Below the pieces are notes generated by a model. That model was not told the origin of the DNA. It was given only the letters and a program-made list of their open reading frames with translations, and did not search any database. A stretch of 64,000 bases of DNA, taken from contig JAAZCX010000064.1 in the NCBI GenBank assembly GCA_012513065.1, positions 4,046-68,045 of the forward strand, in the 5' to 3' direction. This stretch comes from Clostridiaceae bacterium (lineage in GTDB: Bacteria; Bacillota; Clostridia; TANB77; CAG-508). The translations under genes and the position numbers were made by a program. Below, piece by piece: positions 49,186-60,100 of the stretch; position 1 is the first letter of the stretch; each line of letters opens with the position of its first letter.

Positions 49186-50694
49186 ATGTCAGTAGCAACA
49201 AGCAAAGAAACTTTATGTATTAATCAAGTAATAGGACAAAAAACAGATACAGCCATGGTAGAAGAAGATTTTATAGTTCCGGATATAAAACCAGATATAT
49301 TAAATATGATTCATACCAATGGAACGGTCTGCATCTATAAAAAAGAAATATTAGATGGGAAAGTACGATTAGATGGTTGTATAAACACTTATATTATGTA
49401 TTTGGCAGATGAAGAACAAGCTAATATTAGGAGTTTAAATACAACTTTAGAATTTTCAAAGACAGTTGAATTTAATAACATAAAACAAGGAATGATGCTT
49501 GAAGATAAAGTTACATTAAAAACAGTAGAGTGCAAAGTGTTAAACGGAAGAAAAATAAATATTAAAGCAATAATTGATGTAGATTTAAAAATAGTATCTA
49601 ATGAAAATATTGAATTTGTAAATTCTGTAGACGATTTAAAAGATATTCAAATATTAAATGAAAATATTAATTTAGATTCATTATTAGGAACTGGTTTAAC
49701 AAAAGTATATGCAAAAGATACAATTATGATAGATAATGTAGATAATTTATCAGAAATAATGAAAATAGATGTAAATATAATTAATAAAGAAACTAAAATT
49801 AGTTATAATAAAGTATTAATAAAAGCAGATGCTAGTATAAAGATGTTGTATTTAACAGATGATAATAGAATGTGTGTAACTAATCAATTAATTCCTATTA
49901 TGGGATTTATAGATGTGCAAGACATATCGGATGATGATATTTGTAATGTGAATTATGAAATTAAAAATTTATTAGTAAAACCAAATAATGTTGAAGAACA
50001 TTCTGTTTATATTGAAGTTGAATTAGAAGTTAATTGTAATGCATATAGAATGAAAACAGTAAATTTAATACAAGATTTATATAGTCCTAGTGTAAATCTA
50101 AGTTATAGACAAAAACAAATCAAAGCAATATCACAAAGAAAGATAGTAAAAGATTTATATTCGATTAGAGAAAAACAATTTGTTAGTGAAATAGGAAGTA
50201 ATAAAATTTATGATGTAGATGTGAAACCAAATATAATAAAGCAAACAATTTTAAAAGATCACATATTATATGAAGGAGAAATTAATATTAACTTTCTATT
50301 TGGATTAGATAGAAAAGAAATAATATTACCATTTAACTATAATATGGAATGTAATGGAATAGTTCAAAATTCAGAAATAGAAACAAATATAGAAATAAGT
50401 TTGCAAGATTTTACAATTTTGACAGATGAAAATATTGATATAAAAATAGATTTAGAATTTATTGTAGAAATGAATAATACTAAAGCAATTAATGTAATTG
50501 AAGAAATAAATTTAGATGAAAATAGACAAGAAGAAAGACATAGTTTAGTGATTTATTTCGTAAAATCTGGTGATACGTTATGGAATATTGCTAAAAAATT
50601 TCATAGTACAATTGAAAAAATAGTAGATATTAATGCAATAGAAAATGAAAATAAAATAAATGTAGGAGATCAATTATTTATCCCTATTACTTAA
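49186..50694 (+). CDS. sipL: DUF3794-repeat protein with C-terminal LysM domain (SipL/SpoVID-like coat morphogenetic protein)
   Basis: Start taken at ATG 49186 (RBS AAGGAGG). C-terminal LysM IYFVKSGDTLWNIAKKFHSTIEKIVDINAI...VGDQLFIP. The position next to yabG-veg matches Clostridioides difficile as I recall it. Confidence 0.6.
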   Translation: MSVATSKETLCINQVIGQKTDTAMVEEDFIVPDIKPDILNMIHTNGTVCIYKKEILDGKVRLDGCINTYIMYLADEEQANIRSLNTTLEFSKTVEFNNIKQGMMLEDKVTLKTVECKVLNGRKINIKAIIDVDLKIVSNENIEFVNSVDDLKDIQILNENINLDSLLGTGLTKVYAKDTIMIDNVDNLSEIMKIDVNIINKETKISYNKVLIKADASIKMLYLTDDNRMCVTNQLIPIMGFIDVQDISDDDICNVNYEIKNLLVKPNNVEEHSVYIEVELEVNCNAYRMKTVNLIQDLYSPSVNLSYRQKQIKAISQRKIVKDLYSIREKQFVSEIGSNKIYDVDVKPNIIKQTILKDHILYEGEININFLFGLDRKEIILPFNYNMECNGIVQNSEIETNIEISLQDFTILTDENIDIKIDLEFIVEMNNTKAINVIEEINLDENRQEERHSLVIYFVKSGDTLWNIAKKFHSTIEKIVDINAIENENKINVGDQLFIPIT

Positions 50695-50742
50695 AATAAT
50701 ATAATAATTAGAATTTAGTAGATATATATTGAAGGAGAAAAA

Positions 50743-51465
50743 ATGGATAAAATTTATTCCAGAAAACGAATTAATTTACCTAAAATGTTTCTGCCAAATA
50801 TGAATAGAGATAATAAAAATAAACAAAAAATATCTAAAATATTCAAAATAACATTTATTATTAGTATCGCTATTTTAACAGCTAATCTTATAATAGAATC
50901 AATTACGCCAGTAATAGATAAAAATTGTACTAATATTGCTAAAAGTATAGCTACCAAAATTTCTAATGAACAAGCAACAATTGTTATGAGCAAGTATAAA
51001 TATGAAGATTTGTGTAATATAACAAAAGATGCAAATGGGAATATACTAATGCTTAGTGCTAATGTTATTCCCATAAATGAGATAATATCAGATGTTGCAG
51101 TAAAGATACAAGAAGAACTTAATAAAACTGATAATAGTAAATTTACAATTAAATTAGGAAGTTTTACAGGAACAAAGATTTTTTCAGGAAGAGGTCCAAA
51201 TGTAGAAATTAAGATGTCAACAATAGGAAATTTGGATACGGATTTAAAATCTGAATTTGTATCTAGTGGAATTAATCAAACGATTCATAGGATATATCTT
51301 AAGGTAGAATGCAATGTTGCAGTATTAACTCCATTTAATACAATAGAAGAAAAAATAACAAATCAAGTATTACTATTAGAATCAATTATAGTTGGAACTA
51401 CACCAAATACATATTATAATTTTGATGGAGTAGCAGAAGATACAACTTTAGAAGTAATTGAATAA
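50743..51465 (+). CDS. yunB: sporulation protein YunB
   Basis: N-terminal TM segment. GSFTGTKIFSGRGPNVEIKMSTIGNLDTDLKSEFVSSGINQTIHRIYLKVECNVAVLTP is typical of YunB. Confidence 0.65.
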   Translation: MDKIYSRKRINLPKMFLPNMNRDNKNKQKISKIFKITFIISIAILTANLIIESITPVIDKNCTNIAKSIATKISNEQATIVMSKYKYEDLCNITKDANGNILMLSANVIPINEIISDVAVKIQEELNKTDNSKFTIKLGSFTGTKIFSGRGPNVEIKMSTIGNLDTDLKSEFVSSGINQTIHRIYLKVECNVAVLTPFNTIEEKITNQVLLLESIIVGTTPNTYYNFDGVAEDTTLEVIE

Positions 51466-51630
51466 TTTTAGAAGCTTAGTTTTTTACTATATATTTAGTA
51501 AAAAGTACTAAGCTTTTTTTGTTTTATAATATTTTTTAAAAAAAAATGAGAATTATGTGAAATTCCTTGAAATTTTAAGATATACGTATTAAAATATTAG
51601 TGATATCTTATAAAAAGAAAAGGAGCAATA

Positions 51631-52350
51631 ATGTTAGAATTAAAAAATATATGTTTTACAAGAGATAATAAAAAAATATTAGATCATATTAATTTAACTA
51701 TAGATACAGATAAATTCGTAGTTATTACTGGACCAAACGGATCAGGAAAATCAACTTTGGCTAAAATTATTATGGGAATAGAAAAGCCAGATAAAGGTGA
51801 AATAATATTAGAAGGTAAAAATATTACTAATTTATCAATAGATGAAAGAGCAAATTTAGGAATAGGATTTGCATTTCAACAACCTGTGAAATTTAAAGGA
51901 ATTACAGTATATGATTTATTAAAATTATCATCTAAAAAAGAGATAGATAAAAAAGAAGCATGCAATATTTTATCAAAAGTAGGATTATGTGCTAAAGAAT
52001 ATGTAGACAGAGAAGTAAATTCTTCATTATCAGGTGGAGAATTAAAAAGAATAGAAATTGCTACAGTAGCAGTTAGAGCATCAAAACTTACAATTTTTGA
52101 TGAGCCAGAAGCAGGAATAGATTTATGGAGTTTTCAAAGCTTAATAAAAATATTTGAAGATATGAGAAAAATAGTGAAAGGAACAACATTAATTATTTCT
52201 CATCAAGAGCGTATTTTAAACATAGCAGATCAACTTATACTTATGAAAGATGGAAAAATACAAAAAATAGGTAAAAAAGAAGAAGTATTAGGACAAGTTA
52301 TAAATAAACCTCTATGCTGTAAATTAGGAGGTGAGAATAATAATGGATAA
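51631..52350 (+). CDS. sufC: SufC-like Fe-S cluster assembly ATPase
   Basis: Walker A GPNGSGKST, signature LSGGELKR and Walker B IFDEPEAGID. Followed by a SufB/D-type gene. Confidence 0.8.
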   Translation: MLELKNICFTRDNKKILDHINLTIDTDKFVVITGPNGSGKSTLAKIIMGIEKPDKGEIILEGKNITNLSIDERANLGIGFAFQQPVKFKGITVYDLLKLSSKKEIDKKEACNILSKVGLCAKEYVDREVNSSLSGGELKRIEIATVAVRASKLTIFDEPEAGIDLWSFQSLIKIFEDMRKIVKGTTLIISHQERILNIADQLILMKDGKIQKIGKKEEVLGQVINKPLCCKLGGENNNG

Positions 52351-53263
52351 TATTGATATAGATTTATTAAAAGAAATAACTGAAACAACAGATGGAACAT
52401 TTAAAGGAGCATATAATATTCGTAAAAACGGAAAAGGAATAGAAAGAAAAGTAACAGATAATATTAATATTGTTACAAAAGAAGATGTTTCTGGGATTAA
52501 TATATATGTAAAAGAAAATACAAAATTTGAATTTGTACATATTCCTGTTATTCTTACAGAAAGTGGATTAAATGATGTTGTTTATAATGATTTCTATATA
52601 GGAAAAAATGCAAATGTTGTTATTGTAGCAGGATGTGGAATTCATAATGATCATCATAAAGATTCTAGACATGATGGTATTCATAGATTTTTCTTAGAAG
52701 AAGGAGCAAAAGTAAAATATATAGAAAAACATTATGGAGAAGGTAATGGTAATGGAAAAAGAATTTTAAATCCAGTAACAGAAGTTTATTTGAAAAATGG
52801 AGCAACATTAGAAATGGAAGCTACTCAAATTAAAGGAGTGGATTCAACAATAAGAACAACAAAAGGAATATTAGAAGATAATAGTAATTTAGTAGTAACA
52901 GAAAAGATAATGACACATGGAATTCAAAAAGCAAAAACTACTTTTGATGTAGAATTGAATGGAAAAAATTCAAGTACAAAAGTAACATCAAGATCTGTTG
53001 CAACAGAAAATTCAATTCAACAATTTGAGTCAAAAGTTATTGGAAATAATAATTGCTTTGGTCATGTTGAATGTGATGCAATTATAAAAGATAATGCAAG
53101 AGTAATTGCAATACCAAAAATTGTAGCAAATAATGTAGATGCTAATTTGATTCACGAAGCGGTAATTGGTAAAATTGCAGGTGAGCAATTAACTAAATTA
53201 ATGACATTAGGATTATCAGAAAAAGAAGCAGAAGAAGCAATTATAAATGGATTTTTAAAATAA
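52343..53263 (+). CDS. SufB/SufD-family Fe-S assembly protein (short form)
   Basis: Start at ATG 52343 after GGAGGTG. Beta-helix-type sequence and the C-terminal motif HEAVIGKIAGEQLTKLMTLGLSEKEAEEAIINGF, typical of SufB/D. Confidence 0.75.
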   Translation: MDNIDIDLLKEITETTDGTFKGAYNIRKNGKGIERKVTDNINIVTKEDVSGINIYVKENTKFEFVHIPVILTESGLNDVVYNDFYIGKNANVVIVAGCGIHNDHHKDSRHDGIHRFFLEEGAKVKYIEKHYGEGNGNGKRILNPVTEVYLKNGATLEMEATQIKGVDSTIRTTKGILEDNSNLVVTEKIMTHGIQKAKTTFDVELNGKNSSTKVTSRSVATENSIQQFESKVIGNNNCFGHVECDAIIKDNARVIAIPKIVANNVDANLIHEAVIGKIAGEQLTKLMTLGLSEKEAEEAIINGFLK

Positions 53264-53336
53264 TAAAAATAAAAATACTTAGAATATTAAATTCTAAGTA
53301 TTTTTTGTTTTATTTAAATATTAAATATTATATATA

Positions 53337-55013
53337 TTATCTTTTAATTTTATTTGTTGTAGTTTTTGGAAATTCTTCTTTTCTTATTATTACTTTTGAA
53401 ACTTTCTTATAAATAGGTAATTTTGTGCATACTGCAGAAATATCTTTTTTAATAGAATCTTCTGTTGGAGTAATATTTAATTCTTCAATCTTTTCTTGAC
53501 TTAAAAATACTTCAGCAAGTAATCCGGTTTCAATTCCACGTTCATCTTTAATTCCTTTAACAACAACTTCTTGAATATATGGAATACCTAAAATATAATT
53601 TTCGATTTCTTCTGAAAAAACATTCTTACCATTATCTAATACAATTAAATTTTTCTTTCTTCCAGTAATTAAAAGTTGATTTTTATCATTTATTTTTCCA
53701 TAATCACCTGTATTAAACCAACCATCTATTAATACTTCATTAGTTAATTCTTCATTTTTATAGTAACCAAGCATTACAACGTCACCTTTAACACAAATTT
53801 CACCTTCACCTTCTGGTGTGATATTATCAAATTTTATATCAAGGCAAGGTAATTGAATACCTACTGTTGCACAATCATTGTAATTATCCATGTTAGCACT
53901 AACTAAAGGAGAACATTCTGTTATTCCATAACCATTTATTAAATCTATTCCAATTGTATCAAAAAATGTTCCAAGCTCTGCTCTAATAGGAGCACCACCA
54001 ACAACTATTTTTCTTAATTTTCCACCAAATGCTTGATGAATTGATTTAAATAAAGTTTTCCTCTTATCAATTCCAATTTTTCTTAAACCATTACTTAATT
54101 TCATTAAAACTTTTAAAGCAACATCTATATGTTCTTTTTTAGCATTAGCCCATATTCTTTTATAAAAAACTTCAACGAAAGCAGGAACTAAATATATGTA
54201 ATCAGGTTTATACAGTTCTAAATTTTTCAAAATAGCTTTAAAACTATCGTTTATACATATTGTTGAATGATGATGTAATCCAACTAAAATTCCAGCAACA
54301 GCCTCATATGTATGATGATATGGTAATACAGATAAACAGGTATCAAAAACTGTAGAAACTTGAAGACCATAATAAACACTATTTACAAGATTATGTTCTG
54401 AAAGCATAACTCCCTTTGAATTTCCTGTTGTACCAGAAGTATAAATAAGCATTTTTAATTCATTAGGGTTACTTGTTAAAGAAAGATATTCTTTATTTCC
54501 TTCATCAAAAAGCTTTTTACCTATTTGAATAAATTTATCATAACTAAATATGTTGTCTTTTTCTTCATCTTCGTCTAAGTTTATGAAATATTTTATTTTT
54601 GGAGCTTTCTCTTTAAATTCTTCAAGATATTTATCATATTTTTTACTAAAGAATAATACTTCACTATCACTATGATTTAATAAATTAATAATATCATCTT
54701 TAGGAAGATCTTTATCTATAGGAACAATAACTCCACTTGATTTTAAAACAGATAAATATACTGTTAACCATTTATAACTATTTTCACCAATTATTGCTAT
54801 GTGATTTTTTTGCATATTTATATTTGTTAATGCTGTACCTAAATTAATAGTATCTTGTTCAAATTCTTTATAGGTAACTTCTATAACTTCATCATTGTTT
54901 TTATATTTAAATGCAATTTTATTTCCATCTTCTTTTACTGCTAATTCTAACATTTCTTTTATAGTACTAAATTCTTTAACATCATAATAATGTAAACCTT
55001 CAAATTTTTTCAT
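53337..55013 (-). CDS. long-chain-fatty-acid--CoA ligase / AMP-binding enzyme
   Basis: AMP-binding signature IYTSGTTGNSKGVMLSH, then GYGITE and TGDYG...GRKKNLI. Confidence 0.9.
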   Translation of the reverse strand: MKKFEGLHYYDVKEFSTIKEMLELAVKEDGNKIAFKYKNNDEVIEVTYKEFEQDTINLGTALTNINMQKNHIAIIGENSYKWLTVYLSVLKSSGVIVPIDKDLPKDDIINLLNHSDSEVLFFSKKYDKYLEEFKEKAPKIKYFINLDEDEEKDNIFSYDKFIQIGKKLFDEGNKEYLSLTSNPNELKMLIYTSGTTGNSKGVMLSEHNLVNSVYYGLQVSTVFDTCLSVLPYHHTYEAVAGILVGLHHHSTICINDSFKAILKNLELYKPDYIYLVPAFVEVFYKRIWANAKKEHIDVALKVLMKLSNGLRKIGIDKRKTLFKSIHQAFGGKLRKIVVGGAPIRAELGTFFDTIGIDLINGYGITECSPLVSANMDNYNDCATVGIQLPCLDIKFDNITPEGEGEICVKGDVVMLGYYKNEELTNEVLIDGWFNTGDYGKINDKNQLLITGRKKNLIVLDNGKNVFSEEIENYILGIPYIQEVVVKGIKDERGIETGLLAEVFLSQEKIEELNITPTEDSIKKDISAVCTKLPIYKKVSKVIIRKEEFPKTTTNKIKR

Positions 55014-55189
55014 ATTACACGCACACTTTCTTTTAAATAATTTAATATACTTTGTTATTATATATCATTTAAACAAGCAAATCAATTGTAAATAGAAATA
55101 AAATATTAAAAAATAATTAGTTAAATGTAATGAAAAAAGTAAAATATAAAAAAGTATGATAAAATATATAAGTGTAAGAAGATAAAATT

Positions 55190-55834
55190 ATGGGAATATT
55201 TGATAAATTTAAAAAAGAGCAAAAAACAATAAAAAAGGAAATAATACAAGAAGAAAAAACTCCATATAATATAGAAAAAAATATAACAAGAGATGGAAAA
55301 CTTCAAATCGATTTTTATGATAGAACAGTAAATAAATTTAAAGAATTTTATGATACTACTAGAATAGTAATAGGAGAAAATACTGAAATAGTAGGAGGTT
55401 ATGAAGTACAAAAAGCATTAGTATCTTGGTATAATCAAGATGATGGTATTATACTTAATCCACAAAATAAAGAAGAAATAGGATCAAGAACACAATATGA
55501 ATAAGTTTTAACGAAACTTGATATTAAGTTATTACAAAATGATGAAAAATATTGTTCATATGTAATAAAAAAATTATTGGATAGAAAAAGAGTCCAAGGA
55601 TACTTACAAAAAGGTATGCAAGAAGACACTGATTTAGAATGTGGAAAATATATAGGAGAAGTTAGAGAAGAAAATGGAATACTTAAAAAAGTATTTCAAG
55701 GAGAAGTAGGAAAAGTATCTCATAATTCTAAAGAAATGGTAGAAAAAAGAAATATAAAAAAACAAATAGAAGAAGAGTATAAAAAAGAAAGAATTGAAAG
55801 ACTTCAAAAAGAGATAAATGAATTAAATAAGTAA
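55190..55834 (+). pseudogene. hypothetical gene interrupted by a single in-frame TAA (55502..55504)
   Basis: ORF-track pieces 55190..55504 and 55577..55834 are in the same frame. No other stop lies between them. The second piece has no RBS or ATG of its own. Confidence 0.45.
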
Positions 55835-55897
55835 AAAAGATAATTGTTACAATAAAATGTAACTATTATTGTAATTTTAGCAAAGAAAGGAAAGTTT

Positions 55898-56515
55898 ATG
55901 AGAAAATATTTTGATGGACTAAAATTTGGATTATTATTACAACTTGCAATTGGACCAATGTGTTTAATGGTTTTTAACACAGCAAAAAATACTGGATTTT
56001 TAACATCTATGATATTAGTATTAGCGATTGCCTTAGTAGATACTATTTATATAACATTAGCAAATTTTGGAGTAAGTAGAATCTTAAAAGATAAAAAAAT
56101 AACAAAAATACTTAAAATAATTGGTGGATTAATATTAATAATATTTGGATTAAACATTATATTAAATAGCTTTGATATAAATATAATACCAGCAATAAAT
56201 TTAAAACCAAATTCTACTAATATTTTTATACAAGGATTAATATTAACCTTATCAAATCCAATGACAATAGTATTTTGGGGAAGTATATTAACTACAAAAA
56301 TAATAGAAGATAATTTAAAAAAACATGAATTAATATTTTTTTCAATAGGATTAGTTTCTTCTACATTATTATTTCTTTCTACAATTGCTTTATTTGGTAC
56401 AATATTAACAAATTTTATACCAGATAGTATTTCTAAAATACTAAATATAATTGTCGGAATTTTAATAATATTTTTCGGTATTAAATTATTTATAAAAAAA
56501 GAAGAAACAATTTAA
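55898..56515 (+). CDS. LysE/RhtB-family amino-acid exporter
   Basis: 205 aa with 6 TM segments. N-terminus GLKFGLLLQLAIGPMCL and LSNPMTIVFWGSI are typical of LysE-type translocators. Confidence 0.7.
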   Translation: MRKYFDGLKFGLLLQLAIGPMCLMVFNTAKNTGFLTSMILVLAIALVDTIYITLANFGVSRILKDKKITKILKIIGGLILIIFGLNIILNSFDINIIPAINLKPNSTNIFIQGLILTLSNPMTIVFWGSILTTKIIEDNLKKHELIFFSIGLVSSTLLFLSTIALFGTILTNFIPDSISKILNIIVGILIIFFGIKLFIKKEETI

Positions 56516-56736
56516 AAATGATAAATATACAAATTTTATATCTAACTTTATTAAACATTATCATTTAGTAGCTTATTAGATAAATATTAAATTTTATTGT
56601 GGTAAAATATCAGAATCATTATATAAAATATATGAATTCAGATTGAAGAATAAAGAAAAAAAGAAATATAAATATGGTAGAGATATTATTGTTTTTAAAA
56701 TGTTGATGATAAATTCTTATAATTTGAAAAGGAGAA

Positions 56737-57444
56737 ATGAAGTTGGAAAAATATATACAGGAAACGCCAATGCTTAATTATTCAAATGAGTGTATTCAGA
56801 AATTAATCGAGCAAAAAAAGTGGAAAGATCTAGAAACATTCGAATGCATAAAAGCAATTTATAACTATGTGAGAGATGAAATACTTTTTGGGTATAATGT
56901 TAATAATAGCATTACTGCATCAAATGTTTTAGCGGATGGCTATGGTCAATGTAATACAAAAGGTACTTTATTTATGGCACTTCTTAGAGGTTGCAATATT
57001 CCTTGCAGAATTCATGGTTTTACAATCGATAAAAAGCTTCAAAAAGGAGCTATGACAGGTCTAGTTTATAAATTAGCACCTGCAAATGTATTTCATAGTT
57101 GGGTTGAAGTGCTTTTAGAAGGTACATGGTATGAATTGGAAGCATTCATTTTAGATAGATCATATATTGAAAAACTACAACATATTAATTCTAATTGCAC
57201 TGGTTCATTTTGTGGATATGGCGTTGCAGTTAAAGATTTTAAAAATCCTGTTATTGAATTTGATAGAAACAATACATACATTCAAAGTGAAGGTATCAAT
57301 CAAGATTTTGGAATATATGATTGTCCGGATAATTTATTAAAAGAGCATAATGAAGAAATTTCTATTATAAAAGCCTTTTTATATAGAAATTTTGGAAGGC
57401 ATTGGATGAATAGAAATGTTAAAAAAATAAGAAATTCTAAGTAG
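56737..57444 (+). CDS. transglutaminase-like cysteine peptidase superfamily protein
   Basis: Catalytic Cys context DGYGQCNTKGTLFMALLR and His context NVFHSWVEV. Confidence 0.8.
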   Translation: MKLEKYIQETPMLNYSNECIQKLIEQKKWKDLETFECIKAIYNYVRDEILFGYNVNNSITASNVLADGYGQCNTKGTLFMALLRGCNIPCRIHGFTIDKKLQKGAMTGLVYKLAPANVFHSWVEVLLEGTWYELEAFILDRSYIEKLQHINSNCTGSFCGYGVAVKDFKNPVIEFDRNNTYIQSEGINQDFGIYDCPDNLLKEHNEEISIIKAFLYRNFGRHWMNRNVKKIRNSK

Positions 57445-57600
57445 GATAATTTAATAGTATAAAGAAACAAAAATGATAATTTATCAAGAATAATTTAAAA
57501 AAATAATTATATAGAGAAAGTATCAAACAGTCAGTAACATGTATATTATAAAATAGAACAATAAAAAACTCGAAAGTATAAACTTTCGAGTTTTGATATT

Positions 57601-58008
57601 TTATCTCTTTGAGAATTGTGGTGCTTTTCTTGCTTTTTTAAGTCCGTATTTTTTTCTTTCTTTCATACGTGGATCTCTTGTTAAGTATCCATTAGTTTTT
57701 AATGCTGGTCTAAATTCTGAATTTGCAGCATTTAATGCTCTTGCGATACCATGACGGATAGCTCCAGCTTGACCTGTAAATCCTCCACCAATAACTTTAG
57801 CAATAACATCATATTTAGCTGTAGTATTAGTTGCTGTTAATGGTTGTTTAACGATAACTTTTAATACTTCTGTTCCAAAGTAATCATTAATATCTTTTCC
57901 ATTTATTGTTATAACTCCAGTACCTTCTATTAATCTAACTCTAGCGATAGATTTTTTTCTTCTACCTGTACCAGAAAAAACGTTTTTTACTGTTTTTGCT
58001 TTAGCCAT
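57601..58008 (-). CDS. rpsI: 30S ribosomal protein S9
   Basis: ...[14 protein letters not shown]..., [19 protein letters not shown], and a C-terminus ending KAPQFSKR. Confidence 0.95.
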   Translation of the reverse strand: MAKAKTVKNVFSGTGRRKKSIARVRLIEGTGVITINGKDINDYFGTEVLKVIVKQPLTATNTTAKYDVIAKVIGGGFTGQAGAIRHGIARALNAANSEFRPALKTNGYLTRDPRMKERKKYGLKKARKAPQFSKR

Positions 58009-58009
58009 A

Positions 58010-58447
58010 TTATTTTACCTCCCAAACTTCTGGTTTTTGAGCGATGTTTTCATGTTCGCTACCAGCATATACTCTTAATTTTCTAACCATTTGTCTTCCT
58101 AAACTATTGTGAGGAAGCATTCCTTTTATTGCAAGCATCATAGCTTGTTCTGGTTTAGTTTCCATCATAACTCTTGCAGATGTTTCTTTCATTCCACCAA
58201 TGTAACCTGAATGATGTCTATAAACTTTTTGATCTAATTTTCTTCCTGTTAAAACAGCTTCTTTACAATTGATAACAATAACGTGATCACCAACATCCAT
58301 ATTTGGAGTATAAGTTGGTTTATGTTTTCCTTTTAATAATTTGGCAGCTTCTGTTGCAACTCTTCCTAAAGGTTTGTTAGCAGCATCTAGAATATACCAT
58401 TTTCTTTCAATTTCATTTTCTTTAACACTATGTGTTGTATTATTCAT
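58010..58447 (-). CDS. rplM: 50S ribosomal protein L13
   Basis: [35 protein letters not shown]...GDHVIVINC. Confidence 0.95.
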   Translation of the reverse strand: MNNTTHSVKENEIERKWYILDAANKPLGRVATEAAKLLKGKHKPTYTPNMDVGDHVIVINCKEAVLTGRKLDQKVYRHHSGYIGGMKETSARVMMETKPEQAMMLAIKGMLPHNSLGRQMVRKLRVYAGSEHENIAQKPEVWEVK

Positions 58448-58679
58448 GGTAATAAATACCCTCCATTCATTAATAAATTTAATTTATATGAAACCTTTTA
58501 AAAGTTGAACTACCGGGGAGAAGTTCTAATTTTTATAGGTCATATTTTATAATTACGCTATATTATTCTATTACAAACAAATGAAAAAGTCAAGAAAATA
58601 CAAAAAATAAATAAAAAAATATTATTTTATAAGTTTTTTTTATTGACAAACATAAAATTATGTAGTAATATAGTTATAT

Positions 58680-58808
58680 CAAAAAAGAAGGAGTTATCCA
58701 CTTCTCACCTTAACCATAAGGAAAAAGGTTAATAAATATTCTTTTTTAGTAGAAATACTAGATTTATATTTATGTGTAGTGGATTGACTTCAAAGTCAAT
58801 CTTTTTTT
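58680..58808 (+). promoter_or_regulatory. leader/attenuator of the infC-rpmI-rplT operon (L20-leader-like) with an intrinsic terminator
   Basis: Structured leader upstream of infC. Hairpin GGATTGACTT (58781..58790) pairs with AAGTCAATC (58793..58801), followed by T7. Firmicute infC operons are known to be controlled by an L20-binding leader. Confidence 0.5.
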
Positions 58809-58835
58809 GTATTAAAAATGTTGGAGGTGTTTTTT

Positions 58836-59351
58836 ATCAAACAAGATTTACCAATCAATGAGCAAATTAGAGCAAAAGAAGTTCAAATTATCGATGACGA
58901 GGGAAATAAAATAGGTCCGATTTTAATTAATGAAGCAATTGATATGGCTTATGAAAAAAAATTAGACTTAGTATTAGTAGCTCCGAATGCGGATGTTCCA
59001 GTTTGCAAATTAATGAATTATGGAAAATATAAATTTGAACAATCAAAAAGGGAAAAAGAAGCAAAGAAAAAACAAAAAGTATTTGAACTAAAGGAAATTA
59101 GAATTACTCCTAATATTGAAGAACATGATTTTAGTTTTAAATGTAAAAATGTGAAAAAATTTATTGAAGATGGAAATAAAGTAAAAGTTACAGTTCGTTT
59201 CCGTGGTAGAGAGTTAAACTATCTAAAATTAGGAGAAGAAACATTAAATAAATTTATTGAAGAATTATCAGATGTTGCTTTACCAGAAAAAAAACCAATA
59301 TTAGAAGGTAAAAATATGTTTATTATATTAGCTAAAAAAGTAGAAAAATAA
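58836..59351 (+). CDS. infC: translation initiation factor IF-3, probable non-AUG (AUC) start
   Basis: IKQDLPINEQIRAKEVQIIDDEGNK...VPVCKLMNYGKYKFE.... GGAGGTG (58823..58829) lies inside the ORF-track N-terminus, 6 nt upstream of ATC 58836. IF-3 genes classically use a non-canonical start codon. Confidence 0.85.
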   Translation: MKQDLPINEQIRAKEVQIIDDEGNKIGPILINEAIDMAYEKKLDLVLVAPNADVPVCKLMNYGKYKFEQSKREKEAKKKQKVFELKEIRITPNIEEHDFSFKCKNVKKFIEDGNKVKVTVRFRGRELNYLKLGEETLNKFIEELSDVALPEKKPILEGKNMFIILAKKVEK

Positions 59352-59408
59352 CTTTTAGATTGCTAATAAAATATAGATAAACCAAACAAAAAAGAGGAGG
59401 AAATTATT

Positions 59409-59612
59409 ATGCCAAAGTTAAAAACTAATAAAGCTGCAAAGAAAAGATATTCTTATACAGCTACAGGAAAAGTTAAAAGAACAAAGTCAAATAGAAGACA
59501 TCTTTTAGCAAATAAAACTTCAAGAGCAAAATCAAGAGGAAAAGTACAAGACGCTTATGCAGATAAAACATGTGAAGCAGGAATCAAAAAAATGTTACCA
59601 TATGGAAACTAG
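59409..59612 (+). CDS. rpmI: 50S ribosomal protein L35
   Basis: MPKLKTNKAAKKRY..TATGKVKRTKSNRRHLL. Confidence 0.95.
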   Translation: MPKLKTNKAAKKRYSYTATGKVKRTKSNRRHLLANKTSRAKSRGKVQDAYADKTCEAGIKKMLPYGN

Positions 59613-59643
59613 AAACAATAAAGAATAAGGAAGGTGAAAAGAA

Positions 59644-59994
59644 ATGGCAAGAGTAAAAACAGCAATAATAACTCGTAAAAAACATAAAAAAATATTAAAA
59701 AGAGCAAAAGGTTACTATGGAGCAAAACATTATAGATTTAGAATGGCAAAACAAGCTGTTATGAAATCAGGAATGTATGCATATGTAGGAAGAAAAGATA
59801 AAAAAAGTAACTTTAGAAAATTATGGATTGCAAGAATCAATGCAGCAGCAAGAATGAACGGAATAACATACAGCAAATTAATAGCTGGATTAAAGAAAGC
59901 AAATGTTGTAGTAAACAGAAAAATGCTTGCAGACTTAGCAGTTAATGATGAAAAAGCTTTTACTAAAATAGTAGAAGTAGCAAAAAAAGCATAA
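59644..59994 (+). CDS. rplT: 50S ribosomal protein L20
   Basis: [28 protein letters not shown]...[14 protein letters not shown]. Confidence 0.95.
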   Translation: MARVKTAIITRKKHKKILKRAKGYYGAKHYRFRMAKQAVMKSGMYAYVGRKDKKSNFRKLWIARINAAARMNGITYSKLIAGLKKANVVVNRKMLADLAVNDEKAFTKIVEVAKKA

Positions 59995-60100
59995 ATTAAA
60001 GTAAGAAGCCTAAAAAAGGCTTTTTATTTTTGCGTAAAAAAACTTGACGTTAAACTAATAATTAAATATAATAAATTAAATTAACAAAAAAGGAGAAAAT

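Noticed and set aside
58448-58560. Ribosomal-protein L13 leader upstream of rplM
   Set aside because: It is plausible from the position, and the spacer has some G+C-rich segments (…CTACCGGGGAGAAGTTC…). I could not derive a convincing conserved structure by eye.
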